IMG/VR virus record: IMGVR_UViG_3300033153_013547
Location: 1-64,000 of that record
Length of the DNA: 64,000 nt
Direction: 5' to 3' (one strand)
Position numbers and translations under genes: made by a program. Of this stretch, positions 19,623-29,839 are shown piece by piece. Under the pieces are notes generated by a model. It saw only the letters and a list, made by a program, of their open reading frames with translations, ran no database searches and had not been told where the DNA came from. Within the stretch, counting starts at the first letter, position 1; each line of letters starts with the position of its first letter.

Positions 19623-20384
19623 TTATATGAGCCTACATAGAGGAGCATATTTGCAAGATTGGCAGTGATGACTATGTCTGCAATAAATGATATTTTGAGA
19701 CATACCACGTATAATATTGACAAGCCTTGATCTGGCTCGTTCTAGACAAGCCTTGAATTCCTCAGCTCTTGGCATTGTCATTGTCATTGGTCTAACATTG
19801 CCTGTTTTACTTATAGGAAAATAAGTATAATCTCTTTCAGGTGGTTCACCCTTTGCCATAGACCATATTCTCCTAAACTCTGCCACATCAAATATGGCTT
19901 TCATTTCCATAAAAGGATCATAGAGATTGTTATAGAATCCTACTATATGAAAGTGTTTAGCAGTAGCACCAACACCACCATCTACAAACACAAGGTTTGT
20001 AGCAGAACCAACAGAGATGGTATTACCATCAACTGCTATAGAGATCTTGTAAGGATTATTTACATGTTTAATTTGATTACTATTTAGACGACCAAACTTA
20101 TTGTAAAACCTTTCAAGATCACCTATGGCTCTTTTAGCAAGTTTATCTACCTGATCAGCAGATAAACTTACTTCAGAAATATATCTACTAAAAGCAGCAT
20201 TAAACAAATCTCTCAGATCATTGTGGTTAGGAGACTTATCATGACCTACAAGTAAAAGATATTGAGTATATGAGTTTGACAAACATGTGTTGTAACTCAT
20301 ATGTGATCTTTCTCCTGTGCTGTAATAATAATACATAGGACAGGAGACATACTTTTCAATCTCAAAAAGACTTAGATCTGCCAT
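19623..20384 (-). CDS. Cas4/AddB-like PD-(D/E)XK fold protein with Fe-S cysteines, probably catalytically degenerate
   Basis: N-terminal YVSCPMYYYY and C-terminal C....HCQSCKY..LC; no clear D...D/E-x-K. Confidence 0.65.
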   Translation of the reverse strand: MADLSLFEIEKYVSCPMYYYYSTGERSHMSYNTCLSNSYTQYLLLVGHDKSPNHNDLRDLFNAAFSRYISEVSLSADQVDKLAKRAIGDLERFYNKFGRLNSNQIKHVNNPYKISIAVDGNTISVGSATNLVFVDGGVGATAKHFHIVGFYNNLYDPFMEMKAIFDVAEFRRIWSMAKGEPPERDYTYFPISKTGNVRPMTMTMPRAEEFKACLERARSRLVNIIRGMSQNIIYCRHSHHCQSCKYAPLCRLI

Positions 20385-20429
20385 CTACGCAAATATTAGT
20401 CGACTTAGAAGCAGTTGAAGGAAATTTAC

Positions 20430-20726
20430 CTAATTAGTAACTAGGTAACCCCTTTTCCTAGCATAACTGGGATTTCTTTCAATTATGTCTAAGTAGTGCT
20501 TCAGATGATCAGGATGCATATTTTCATCAGCTTCCCACTTCCTCATGGCATACAACTTATACCTAGATGTTGCAACATTGGTCTTACGTCTGTAAGAAAC
20601 AGTGATCCTGCAACCATCAGGTAACTCATAAGTTGAATGATTCCATTCCCACTTAGACCTAGGGCTTCTCTTAGTGTCAATCAGATTTAACTGGTTCAAT
20701 GGAGTTGAAAATACTCTCTTACTCAT
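20430..20726 (-). CDS. hypothetical basic protein
   Basis: 98 aa, GGAGG RBS. Confidence 0.65.
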   Translation of the reverse strand: MSKRVFSTPLNQLNLIDTKRSPRSKWEWNHSTYELPDGCRITVSYRRKTNVATSRYKLYAMRKWEADENMHPDHLKHYLDIIERNPSYARKRGYLVTN

Positions 20727-20749
20727 TTTAGACCTCCAAAATACAAATA

Positions 20750-21061
20750 CTACTCATTCTCAACACATGTAGGATCCAAACAATCAAACAGATCATTTGC
20801 ATCCATCATAAACAATGATTTTTCACCCATAACAACACAGAATATAGAGTCATTATGCAATGTAGTTATAACTTTTTCTATTCTGAATCTAAATCCAGGG
20901 GGTAGATACACCTTGTTATGCACTTCAAAGGATTCGTCATATGAACTGATCATATAACCACGATCTTGATTGACCATGAGATCACGATCCAATCGAACTC
21001 TTTGCCCACTTCCATTAGTGCCCAGCACTAAATAACCTTCAATTCTATACTTGTTAGTCAT
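20750..21061 (-). CDS. hypothetical protein
   Basis: 103 aa, GAGG RBS. Confidence 0.6.
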   Translation of the reverse strand: MTNKYRIEGYLVLGTNGSGQRVRLDRDLMVNQDRGYMISSYDESFEVHNKVYLPPGFRFRIEKVITTLHNDSIFCVVMGEKSLFMMDANDLFDCLDPTCVENE

Positions 21062-21079
21062 GATAATTCCTCAAAATAA

Positions 21080-21403
21080 CTAAGTATCACTTGATATTGA
21101 CAAATAGCTAACACCAAAAATCAATATCAAACTCATGCCAAGAGTTACAAGATAGGTTAGCAAAAACATTGCTATAGTATCACATGAAAACACAGGAAAA
21201 CAAGACACAAACAACATAACAAAGATGCAAATATAGTGTGAAAGACAATATGGACAATTAATAAGCTTATTTGATGTCACATATTGACTGAACATTGGTA
21301 GATCCCTCAACCATTGAAATGCTGTTGATTGTGAAATTAACCATGATAGCTCTGTTGTTATTAAAGCACAAACAAAGCTAAACAATAACATCTGAGACAG
21401 CAT
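21080..21403 (-). CDS. DUF1360-like membrane protein
   Basis: Three hydrophobic segments; FQWLR and LINCPYCLS motifs. Confidence 0.7.
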   Translation of the reverse strand: MLSQMLLFSFVCALITTELSWLISQSTAFQWLRDLPMFSQYVTSNKLINCPYCLSHYICIFVMLFVSCFPVFSCDTIAMFLLTYLVTLGMSLILIFGVSYLSISSDT

Positions 21404-21984
21404 TATAACCCCTCCATTGGTTTATTCCATAGTATTGCTTGTTCCTTAATCTTCTCATCTAAATAACGAACATTGGACAATTTAGATGAACAATTGTTAG
21501 AAAAGGCATAAAATATTACTTCTTTCCCTAATTGTTTTAGTTTTTTACCTACATAGGCAAAATCACTATCTCCACTAGCTATCATGATTACATCTACATC
21601 ACTGGACATGATCATGGCATCCACAGCTATCTCAACATCAAAATTGCATTTACGTCCTTCTCTTGCTGGTTTAGTTACCGTTTTTACGCCATTATCTCTC
21701 AAAACCTTCAAGAACTTGACATTATCTTTGTGTTTGCCACCATAAGCAATAACATGATTACTGGACACCCACAAACCTTTGATCATAGACTGAATCATAA
21801 GAATGTGATCTATGGCTTTGTATCCCATAGCATTATAGCCACAGTAGAGATTAGAAAGATCAAGTAATAACAAACCTCTCTTTTGTAAGCAATCACCTTT
21901 GTTGTTACAATGATTAACAGATGCTAATTGATGTAAAATCATGCAAACCTCTTTTTCATTGTGGCAACCTTTTACCATGATCAC
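21403..21984 (-). CDS. NYN (LabA/DUF88) PIN-like nuclease
   Basis: LLDLSNL, KCNFDVEIAVDAM, IASGDSDFAY...GKEV. Confidence 0.88.
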   Translation of the reverse strand: MIMVKGCHNEKEVCMILHQLASVNHCNNKGDCLQKRGLLLLDLSNLYCGYNAMGYKAIDHILMIQSMIKGLWVSSNHVIAYGGKHKDNVKFLKVLRDNGVKTVTKPAREGRKCNFDVEIAVDAMIMSSDVDVIMIASGDSDFAYVGKKLKQLGKEVIFYAFSNNCSSKLSNVRYLDEKIKEQAILWNKPMEGL

Positions 21985-22423
21985 TAATCATTATGCCACG
22001 AAGATGATCCATTTCATGCTGAACCACAAAGGCATCACCATCATAAAACCATGTATTTATTTCCTGACCCTCAGAGTTATATCCCTTGATCTTAACTTTA
22101 GTATGTCTATTAACTACATAATACCTGTGTGGTAAAGACAAACAACCTTCAGTATTTTCAATCTCTTTGCCACCAAACTCAATGATTTCAGGATTCAAAA
22201 TACCTAAATATTCTCCATCTTCATCACAAACCATAACAAAAAACATTTCTTCTATCCCAACTTGATTGGCTGCTAACCCCTTACCACCTACTCTATACAT
22301 AGTTTGGATCATAGAAGAAATCAGACTGGCATAGTGTCCTTGCTTAATTTCATCAACAACAATTTCCTTGCACTTGTTTTTCAAACAAGATTTAGGATAT
22401 CTAACGATGTCTAATATTGCCAT
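21956..22423 (-). CDS. def: peptide deformylase
   Basis: GKGLAANQVG, EGCLSLP, QHEMDHLRG. Confidence 0.96.
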   Translation of the reverse strand: MAILDIVRYPKSCLKNKCKEIVVDEIKQGHYASLISSMIQTMYRVGGKGLAANQVGIEEMFFVMVCDEDGEYLGILNPEIIEFGGKEIENTEGCLSLPHRYYVVNRHTKVKIKGYNSEGQEINTWFYDGDAFVVQHEMDHLRGIMISDHGKRLPQ

Positions 22424-22432
22424 ATTGCTCCT

Positions 22433-24094
22433 CTAATAATCAAGATCAACTACTATATCATCCTTCTCTGACTCTAACATTTTCTTTACATGTCGATCAA
22501 TAAGATCTTCACTAAATTTTTCTTTTTCTTCCAGAACATTATACACATGATGTTCTATGCTTTCCTGACCATCTTGGAGAACTGTTTTCAACATATAATA
22601 ACTAACTCTGTTGAGCTGTCCTGGTCTATGAAATCTTGCCAAAAATTGGGACCAACTTCCCATTCTAAAATTAGCACCATAGATCACAACAGTATTACAA
22701 CAAACAAGATTGATACTCTCACCAGCATCTATTTGCATTACCAGAAACTGATTGCCATTAGGATCTTGAAAATCAGATATAACATTTGTTGCTTCTTGTG
22801 CTGTAAGACCACCATATAATTTGTTGCAGTTTAGTTTATCAGCCAATTCTTCCACTGTTTTTCTAAAGTGAGCTGCCACAACAACTTTGTTGCCAGATTC
22901 TTTAGCAGAATCCACAATATCCAGCAGAAATTCTAACTTGGCAGAATCCTCTATGCTTTGTCCAGCAGCAATACCATCACATATTTGCATAAGATCCATA
23001 TTATTTGATGGTTTGTGTTCAGCAGCAAGCACAGCACACTTAGTTACATAAAGATCATTAAGCCTTTTGCTTGCCATACAATCAATAGGAATAAATAATT
23101 GTTCAGGTAAATCCAAGCACTGATCTTTTGTAAATCTGATACCATAATCAAATAATATAGATCTTAGCTCTGGTATGTTTTTGAACCCTACCAGAACTTT
23201 ATGCCTATGAGGTCTATACCTTTGGACCATAACACAATATTTTTGGGTAAATTGCCAATAACTTTTACCTAATATATTTTTGTCAAGAAATGACAACTGA
23301 CCATACAGATCCATATACTTACTTACAACAGGAGTGCCTGTCATAAGCATTTTATATGGAGCCTTTAGTCTTCTGATAGTTTCAGCATAACTTAGCTTCT
23401 TACCTTTGGTTCTAATTTTGTAATTCTTGATATGATGAGCTTCATCTATTATAATCATATCAAAAGTGTCAAATGCACCAAAACCTATACCATCAGCAGG
23501 AACATAACCTGCTGATTCATAGTTAGTAATATAAAACAATGCATCTTTTTTGAAGGCTGCTTGTTTTTGCTGTGGAGAACCAGATGCTATAGAATAACTA
23601 TGAAACCTTTCAGGCAACCACTTCTCAATTTCTTTTACCCAGGTCTCAATCATTGCTTTTTTGGGTGAGAAGATCAATACTTTATGGACAGCACCTTGCT
23701 CTACCCTATATTTTACAATTTCAAGAACAACCCTTGTTTTTGCAGTGCCTTGTTCAGCAAAAATAGCACTCTTGCTTTTTAGCAAGCAAAACTGATACAT
23801 AATATTCTGATGATCAAAAGCAGGAGGATCACCTTCAATCACTGGCTTATTGTGATCTAAGTGATATGTGATTTCAAAAAGATCTTCATCAAGGTAATTT
23901 GCTAATTTTTCTTTTGCCCATTCACATTTAGCAATAGGAAGATACCAATATTTACCAACAGGCTCATATCTGGCTTTTATGGACTTCATAACTGAAATAT
24001 ACTCATCAGCCCAGGGAAAATACATGACACATCTATCTTCATCTGGAACAATTGTAAGTCCAAACCTGTCCTTAGGCAGGGGAATGCTAATCAT
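22433..24094 (-). CDS. SNF2-family helicase with an N-terminal HARP-like domain
   Basis: AEQGTAKT, NYE, IIIDEAH.IKN, MTGTP, ESINL, QFLARFHRPGQ. Confidence 0.9.
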   Translation of the reverse strand: MISIPLPKDRFGLTIVPDEDRCVMYFPWADEYISVMKSIKARYEPVGKYWYLPIAKCEWAKEKLANYLDEDLFEITYHLDHNKPVIEGDPPAFDHQNIMYQFCLLKSKSAIFAEQGTAKTRVVLEIVKYRVEQGAVHKVLIFSPKKAMIETWVKEIEKWLPERFHSYSIASGSPQQKQAAFKKDALFYITNYESAGYVPADGIGFGAFDTFDMIIIDEAHHIKNYKIRTKGKKLSYAETIRRLKAPYKMLMTGTPVVSKYMDLYGQLSFLDKNILGKSYWQFTQKYCVMVQRYRPHRHKVLVGFKNIPELRSILFDYGIRFTKDQCLDLPEQLFIPIDCMASKRLNDLYVTKCAVLAAEHKPSNNMDLMQICDGIAAGQSIEDSAKLEFLLDIVDSAKESGNKVVVAAHFRKTVEELADKLNCNKLYGGLTAQEATNVISDFQDPNGNQFLVMQIDAGESINLVCCNTVVIYGANFRMGSWSQFLARFHRPGQLNRVSYYMLKTVLQDGQESIEHHVYNVLEEKEKFSEDLIDRHVKKMLESEKDDIVVDLDY

Positions 24095-25763
24095 TGATCT
24101 GATTCCTTGCTATAGCAGCCTCTTTATACTTAGGAGGCAATATTTTTGCATATTCTGATAGTGCTTCTAATCCTGTTACATATTTAGACATATACATCAA
24201 GACATCTGGCACATCATATAACGTTGATAGAATCATTATATCTGCTAATCCTAATCTTACACCACTCATCTCTCTAAGATCAGGAGACATAACTCTAGCA
24301 GGACCTGTGGCTGACAAACTATCAACAGCATGATTGTTTTGCCTAGTCATGAACACAAGACCATTGATACAATCAATTTCTTGCCCTTTATGAAATACCT
24401 TAGGACAATCTATTTCAGCAATCTTGCTTATACTATACTCACCAGTAAATTGCCTCACAAATAACCTTTTACCTGGGGCAATTCTATGAGATAGGACAGC
24501 TTCTATGAGCTGTCCATAATTTCTTCTGCCCTTATCTGGACCCTTGTAGATGGAAAATGGGTTGATGATCATGTCAATTCTCCTGCCCAGATCATCCACA
24601 GGCATCCAGTCATCAGGCATGATCTTCACAGTGCCTTTTTGACCACTTCTGTTAGACAATTTATCTCCATCTTCTAACTTGTAAGCAATAAATAGTTCAA
24701 TAGAAACAACCTTATGAATAGAATTCATATATGGTTTTTCTATTTCACTCACTTTATCAACAAATGCAAATGTATTAGCATCATAAAAATGTGCTTTGCA
24801 TTCGTTTTCACTATATGCACCTGCATAGGTGCATAATTGCTGACCATGTTCTACTATTTCTCCAGGTTTTACTAAGGAACTTGTGTTATGCCACATAAGA
24901 GACTTTCTCTTGAAACAACAAAATTTACCAGCAACTGATCTTGATACAACAATAGTGTCTTCAAATGTTTCTGCTATTGAAAAGAATGCTACTCTAACAT
25001 TCAGTCCAGGTGGATCAGGTATATGTCCTGTATCTGCTGTGGTAATTAAGGGTAACTCACTATGAACCAAATCAGTAGCATGTAACATGTTAGAAACAAT
25101 TATTGGTATTCTTCCTAAATTTGTATGTTCTATAAAGGGAATTTTCCTACTAACCTTAGAAAGCCTTCTACTATTAGATGGATCATTATTGTTATCCACC
25201 AAGAAATTAACTAGTCCTATCTTGTCTCCCATACTTGTAGCCAGAGTGTCTAAAATCTTTATAGATTGTATCCCTACTCTAAAATCATAATCTTGTGAAG
25301 GAGCAAGATTCTTTTCAGAATGAACCAAGACTCTATCCTTCATAACTGCTCTGTACAAAGCATTACCATAACCAAGAGGCTCAGTATTGATAGACATGTC
25401 TAGCATTGATTGAAACATGGATGGCCTTATGTCATATCCAAATTTGAGCCTATTCATGTTAAAATCTCCTACAGCTCTTGCCAATCTCATTTCTGCATAT
25501 TGTACTGGATCTACTAATATTCCTCCTATAAAATGAAACATAGGAATTCTAGACACACCATTATGTACTATATGTCCATCATCATACAATCTTGGTATGA
25601 TCAAAGTAACATTTAGTTCTGCATAATTAAATGATGCTAACGCTTTATCTTCTTCTTCCAGAATCTTGATATCAGATGAGCCAACAAAAATTTTGGGCAG
25701 AGAATATGGATTTACCAGGTATCTATGTTTTATACTCATATGCCCCTCCCCTGGTTTTGCCAT
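24087..25763 (-). CDS. RNA polymerase beta-like subunit (highly reduced)
   Basis: IPRLYDDGHIVHNG, IPFIEH, FEDTIVVS, GDKLSNRSGQKGTV, MP...GRRIDMIINP, GVRLG. Confidence 0.9.
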   Translation of the reverse strand: MAKPGEGHMSIKHRYLVNPYSLPKIFVGSSDIKILEEEDKALASFNYAELNVTLIIPRLYDDGHIVHNGVSRIPMFHFIGGILVDPVQYAEMRLARAVGDFNMNRLKFGYDIRPSMFQSMLDMSINTEPLGYGNALYRAVMKDRVLVHSEKNLAPSQDYDFRVGIQSIKILDTLATSMGDKIGLVNFLVDNNNDPSNSRRLSKVSRKIPFIEHTNLGRIPIIVSNMLHATDLVHSELPLITTADTGHIPDPPGLNVRVAFFSIAETFEDTIVVSRSVAGKFCCFKRKSLMWHNTSSLVKPGEIVEHGQQLCTYAGAYSENECKAHFYDANTFAFVDKVSEIEKPYMNSIHKVVSIELFIAYKLEDGDKLSNRSGQKGTVKIMPDDWMPVDDLGRRIDMIINPFSIYKGPDKGRRNYGQLIEAVLSHRIAPGKRLFVRQFTGEYSISKIAEIDCPKVFHKGQEIDCINGLVFMTRQNNHAVDSLSATGPARVMSPDLREMSGVRLGLADIMILSTLYDVPDVLMYMSKYVTGLEALSEYAKILPPKYKEAAIARNQIND

Positions 25764-27390
25764 TTTCTGCCAAAAATTCTTCTGTTAGGCATCTGCAGAA
25801 AACATTTTTTCCATTGATTGATACAGGCCATGCATTATAATCACATCCTACACATAGATCAGGCATCCATGCTTTTCCAAAGCATGGTGGGACATCTTCA
25901 GACAATTCAGGGAAAAATGCAAACTCAGGATCAATTACTCTGGCAAATTCAAGTGTTTCTGGACAACATCCTGAGTTATTGATCATAACGAGTGTGAAAA
26001 AGAGACCAAGTGCTGATGCAGGATTAGTTGAAGCATACAAATCATAGATTTCCTCAGGATTTCCTCCTGCCATGCAGAAAGGACGTATAGTTCCCACACC
26101 ATCCTTTACATCTTTCTGTCTAGCTGTTAATATTAAATCACAGAATGTACTAACTTCTTTTCTTGTAAGACTATCAGAAAATGCTTGCATTAGCAAATTT
26201 ATTGTCTCATCTTTGGTGTCTGCACACAATTTACGTACAGCAGAACAAATATTGAATATGTTTATTAATCTGCCATGCTTGCTGTGTAAATTAGTCTGTG
26301 AAATAGTTTCACAGACTTTTGCAACTTGACTTGCTCTTGTATCATTTATTTCAAGCAAATTCATGGTGTCTAGCCACAATTGTCCTGCTGATCCCATACC
26401 TATCTTCAATTGTATATTGGCAGACTGAACTGATGTTCTTTCTGCATAGAATTTTTCAATATTCAAAACCCCATCTTTATACAAAGAATCCTGTATATCT
26501 GATAGTTTTAGTGATCTACCATGAAAACTATCTGCCATTTCTATAAACTGATCCTTCATAGACTTATCTACGGGAGGATTTACCTCAGAAAACTCATTGA
26601 TATACAATACATGGGTATCCAAATAGTTTTCGTATAGCAATTCTTCTTTTGTACGTTTATGAAGGTTCTGTGGTAGACGAATTATACATAATCCATCACC
26701 ATCAAAATCACAAGCCAAGCCATTATTAATTGCAGGATGGATCTTAATACATCTTCCTTCCACTGGAATCATCCTGCAACCTATGATGCTGTCCCTATGC
26801 AAGACTGGATTCCTCAATAGGAGACCTATATCCCCCTCTTTAGCATCAATCTTTTTCATCAGTCCTATAGGAACACCAACTTCAGATTTCTCAGGATCAA
26901 GATCTAATGAAGTGGCAGCTATAGCTCTTCCACTAAATGGCATTCTTAGCCCCATAATATATCTGGCAAATATACCAGATTTTCCTACAATTGCTTCTGT
27001 TAATTTCTTTTGTAATCTAGTAACTGCTCTTTGCATAGAGTCACTGGTAAAATTCTTGTAAACAATAAGTTTTACAATCCCATCATAAGCTGCTGTCACA
27101 CCATTTATTATGTAATACAATCCTGTAATATCCACTGTACTTGGTCTAAGGTGTATAGGTATGACATATATTCTATCTACCACTGATCCAAAAAATCTGC
27201 AGAATATTTGATGATCATCACTATCCTTAGGCAACATAATATAACGACCCTTAGTAAATAAATCCGGGTCCATTACTGTACCAGTCGGATCGTACTCATG
27301 AAATGGAACAATAGATGAATAACCGCCAACTAATTCACGCATTATTACCTTCTTTACCAAAAATAACATGAAGATATTCACATGGCACAA
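25723..27390 (-). CDS. RNA polymerase beta'-like subunit (highly reduced); start probably ATG 27342
   Basis: VIPIHLRP, GKSGIFA..IMGLRMPFSGRAI, LLRNPVLHR.SI, catalytic ACDFDGD, trigger-loop-like ETISQTNLHSKHG. Confidence 0.92.
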   Translation of the reverse strand: MCHVNIFMLFLVKKVIMRELVGGYSSIVPFHEYDPTGTVMDPDLFTKGRYIMLPKDSDDHQIFCRFFGSVVDRIYVIPIHLRPSTVDITGLYYIINGVTAAYDGIVKLIVYKNFTSDSMQRAVTRLQKKLTEAIVGKSGIFARYIMGLRMPFSGRAIAATSLDLDPEKSEVGVPIGLMKKIDAKEGDIGLLLRNPVLHRDSIIGCRMIPVEGRCIKIHPAINNGLACDFDGDGLCIIRLPQNLHKRTKEELLYENYLDTHVLYINEFSEVNPPVDKSMKDQFIEMADSFHGRSLKLSDIQDSLYKDGVLNIEKFYAERTSVQSANIQLKIGMGSAGQLWLDTMNLLEINDTRASQVAKVCETISQTNLHSKHGRLINIFNICSAVRKLCADTKDETINLLMQAFSDSLTRKEVSTFCDLILTARQKDVKDGVGTIRPFCMAGGNPEEIYDLYASTNPASALGLFFTLVMINNSGCCPETLEFARVIDPEFAFFPELSEDVPPCFGKAWMPDLCVGCDYNAWPVSINGKNVFCRCLTEEFLAENGKTRGGAYEYKT

Positions 27391-28072
27391 TAATGTTTGT
27401 ATCTTTCATGTTTCGTCTAGTAATATGTTCACCAGCACCAGACAAATCAATTTGATTATGTGTCTTCACAATATAGGCACTCTTATCACCAAGGTGTGCT
27501 GTAGCCTTGATTTCGGGCGTAACCCCCTCATGAACGATCAATCTCTTCATTTCTTTTCTGATAGACTCGTATATCCTCGTCCAGGAGACAAAGCCCGAAT
27601 ACTCAAATTTATTGTTCACCTCAAATACATAAAACCTCTCCTGTCCTGTGTCTAGCCAATAAGCATCCCTATGTAGCCATGTTAGCCTTTCTCCTGTTAA
27701 ATGCCCCCTAGCATTTATAATAGAACCAGTTGGCCATAATTTGCCACTGTTACTAATTACTTGTTGCACAGACAGACCACGAAAACATCCTTGCTCTACA
27801 CGCACAATGAATGATTCTAACTTGTGATCTTGTAATACTACGGGTTGTGGAATAAATGAGAATTTAGGCTTTAATCCTTCAAAATCTCTGTCTAATATAG
27901 CATACTTAAGATATGATGGTAAATAAGCATGCCTAATATGGTTGGCTAATCCACCAGGACTTACAAAAAAAGATATGAGAATATCTGTTAAATCATCCCT
28001 AACATCTGCTATACATGCTGCCTTACCATAACCTTGGTATGCTTTTACTAAAACTTCCATACTTGTCTCCAA
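27335..28072 (-). CDS. hypothetical protein co-transcribed with the RNAP genes (start probably ~28060)
   Basis: ORF whose stop overlaps the beta' start; GGAG RBS. Confidence 0.7.
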   Translation of the reverse strand: METSMEVLVKAYQGYGKAACIADVRDDLTDILISFFVSPGGLANHIRHAYLPSYLKYAILDRDFEGLKPKFSFIPQPVVLQDHKLESFIVRVEQGCFRGLSVQQVISNSGKLWPTGSIINARGHLTGERLTWLHRDAYWLDTGQERFYVFEVNNKFEYSGFVSWTRIYESIRKEMKRLIVHEGVTPEIKATAHLGDKSAYIVKTHNQIDLSGAGEHITRRNMKDTNIIVPCEYLHVIFGKEGNNA

Positions 28073-28086
28073 TGGTTATGCAATAA

Positions 28087-28133
28087 AATAGCTCTGATCA
28101 TACCATTTACACAATGGTACAATCAGAGCTATT
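28087..28133 (-). terminator. strong hairpin / intrinsic terminator
   Basis: aatagctctgat...atcagagctatt (12 bp) enclosing taccatt/aatggta, between two genes; U-rich 3' side on the minus strand. Confidence 0.65.
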
Positions 28134-28149
28134 ATTCAATTTGTGAATT

Positions 28150-28695
28150 CTATTTGATAAAGCTGGACAAGTCAATCTCTTTATCCACAGCAGCAGACCG
28201 ACCAAGCTGTTTTGTAGCAAGCCTAATGGCCTGGAAAAGATTTTCAGTCATTTCAGGATCAACTGACTTATCTTTACTACGATGAACTCGAAGAGAAGGC
28301 AGATGTAACTTGGCACCACTAAGATCAATCACTAATGGCTTTCTCCTTAACGAACCGTCCCTGTGCATTCTTGTATGCACACGGATACCCGCAGATGGCG
28401 TGATATAATAATCATCACCAAGCTTGATCTCAAAAACTGTTACTTCTGGCACAATAGTGCAGTCAAAATTTGATGCGCCAATCTCAGTAACAAATTTACC
28501 TGCTTCAAACTGTGCACGGATCCTATCAAGCTGAGAATCCTCAAGACTAGTTAGTGCCGTAACCATTGTTTGGACAATTCGGTTTGTAAGCTCGCTAACA
28601 GGCCTCATTCCAGTAGATTTCACTGCTTCAGCAGATATCACAGTGGAACCTGGTTTATCGACAAGATCAACATTTTCATCAATTCTTTCACTCAT
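28150..28695 (-). CDS. hypothetical protein (start MSERIDE)
   Basis: GAGGAGG RBS before ATG 28695; the ORF-track extension to 28830 runs through low-complexity DNA. Confidence 0.7.
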   Translation of the reverse strand: MSERIDENVDLVDKPGSTVISAEAVKSTGMRPVSELTNRIVQTMVTALTSLEDSQLDRIRAQFEAGKFVTEIGASNFDCTIVPEVTVFEIKLGDDYYITPSAGIRVHTRMHRDGSLRRKPLVIDLSGAKLHLPSLRVHRSKDKSVDPEMTENLFQAIRLATKQLGRSAAVDKEIDLSSFIK

Positions 28696-28882
28696 AATGT
28701 CCTCCTCTAAACAACAAAGTATGTAATCGTCGAGCACTACGATACATCGGTGTAAACGATACTCTAAGCGTTTACATATCATACAATACAATATTACACA
28801 ACACAACACAGCATAAACCCCCCCCCACACTCCCTAACCCCCCTTTGGGGTTTTCGTCTTACGAAAATAGTGAAATTGTTGC

Positions 28883-29395
28883 TTACACAGGTTTCTCAAA
28901 CACCGTGTGAGTTACGATTTCACCTGTTGCTTCATCAATATAGGAAAAGGAAGAACTAAGAAATTTTAATCCTTTTACTGGGGGTGCTTTTATGCAATAA
29001 GGCATGCACTTAGTTTCCCAAGATTCTAATCCAGATGAATCTAGGAATTTTGGAAGTCGCTTAAGATAGCCATTTTTCTCCATAATAGTATGCTTATAAG
29101 CAGCCTTTTCTGCATACCACCAGTGATCTGCAGGCCCAACCGTGTAAAATGCTTTTTGGCTCTCACCATCATAACCAAGAAACATAGTTTCATTCTCAAA
29201 TTCTAATATCCACACAGGCATTCCTACTGACCAGGGAAATGCTGTTACACTTATGCTTTCTAGTGTTTTAGAACTAATCATGTTAGATTCATAATCATAT
29301 GAATATCGTGGCCCCCTAAGTCGTTGCCTTCTTGTTGTCTTACGAATAGTAGATTTCTTTTTCCTCATAATAATAGCCCCTTGATTCTTAACCAT
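28883..29395 (-). CDS. hypothetical protein with a basic N-terminus
   Basis: 170-aa ORF. Confidence 0.6.
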   Translation of the reverse strand: MVKNQGAIIMRKKKSTIRKTTRRQRLRGPRYSYDYESNMISSKTLESISVTAFPWSVGMPVWILEFENETMFLGYDGESQKAFYTVGPADHWWYAEKAAYKHTIMEKNGYLKRLPKFLDSSGLESWETKCMPYCIKAPPVKGLKFLSSSFSYIDEATGEIVTHTVFEKPV

Positions 29396-29409
29396 GAATG
29401 ATAGATGTT

Positions 29410-29712
29410 TTAGTCTACATAGTGATTTTTGTCCTTTTTACGTTTTGCAATCATTTTGTTCAATCTAACTAACTTTAGTGTATCTTCATCTCTAGTTATT
29501 ATGCCATAGAAGGTTCTAAGTCTGTTCCTAACTATGTAAAACCACCTGATCATGGTGCATAATATTCTGTCATACAGATTATTATACATAACAACTGGTG
29601 ACTCTTTAGTTGTCTCTCGTTCTACAAAAAAAGTATCAGAATTTACTGGCAGGATTCTTATTACTTCATCATCATCTATGTTCACATCAATTTGATTTTT
29701 TTCCTCATTCAT
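29410..29712 (-). CDS. hypothetical protein
   Basis: 100 aa, GAGGTG RBS. Confidence 0.6.
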   Translation of the reverse strand: MNEEKNQIDVNIDDDEVIRILPVNSDTFFVERETTKESPVVMYNNLYDRILCTMIRWFYIVRNRLRTFYGIITRDEDTLKLVRLNKMIAKRKKDKNHYVD

Positions 29713-29839
29713 GTTACCACCTCAGAGGTAATCTATTTCATCTATTATATCTTCAAAATTATCTTTTAACTCTACTTCCTGATCATCAGAAGAATTGTTA
29801 AAGATCAATATTTGGGACATAACAGAAAAACTTGTGATA

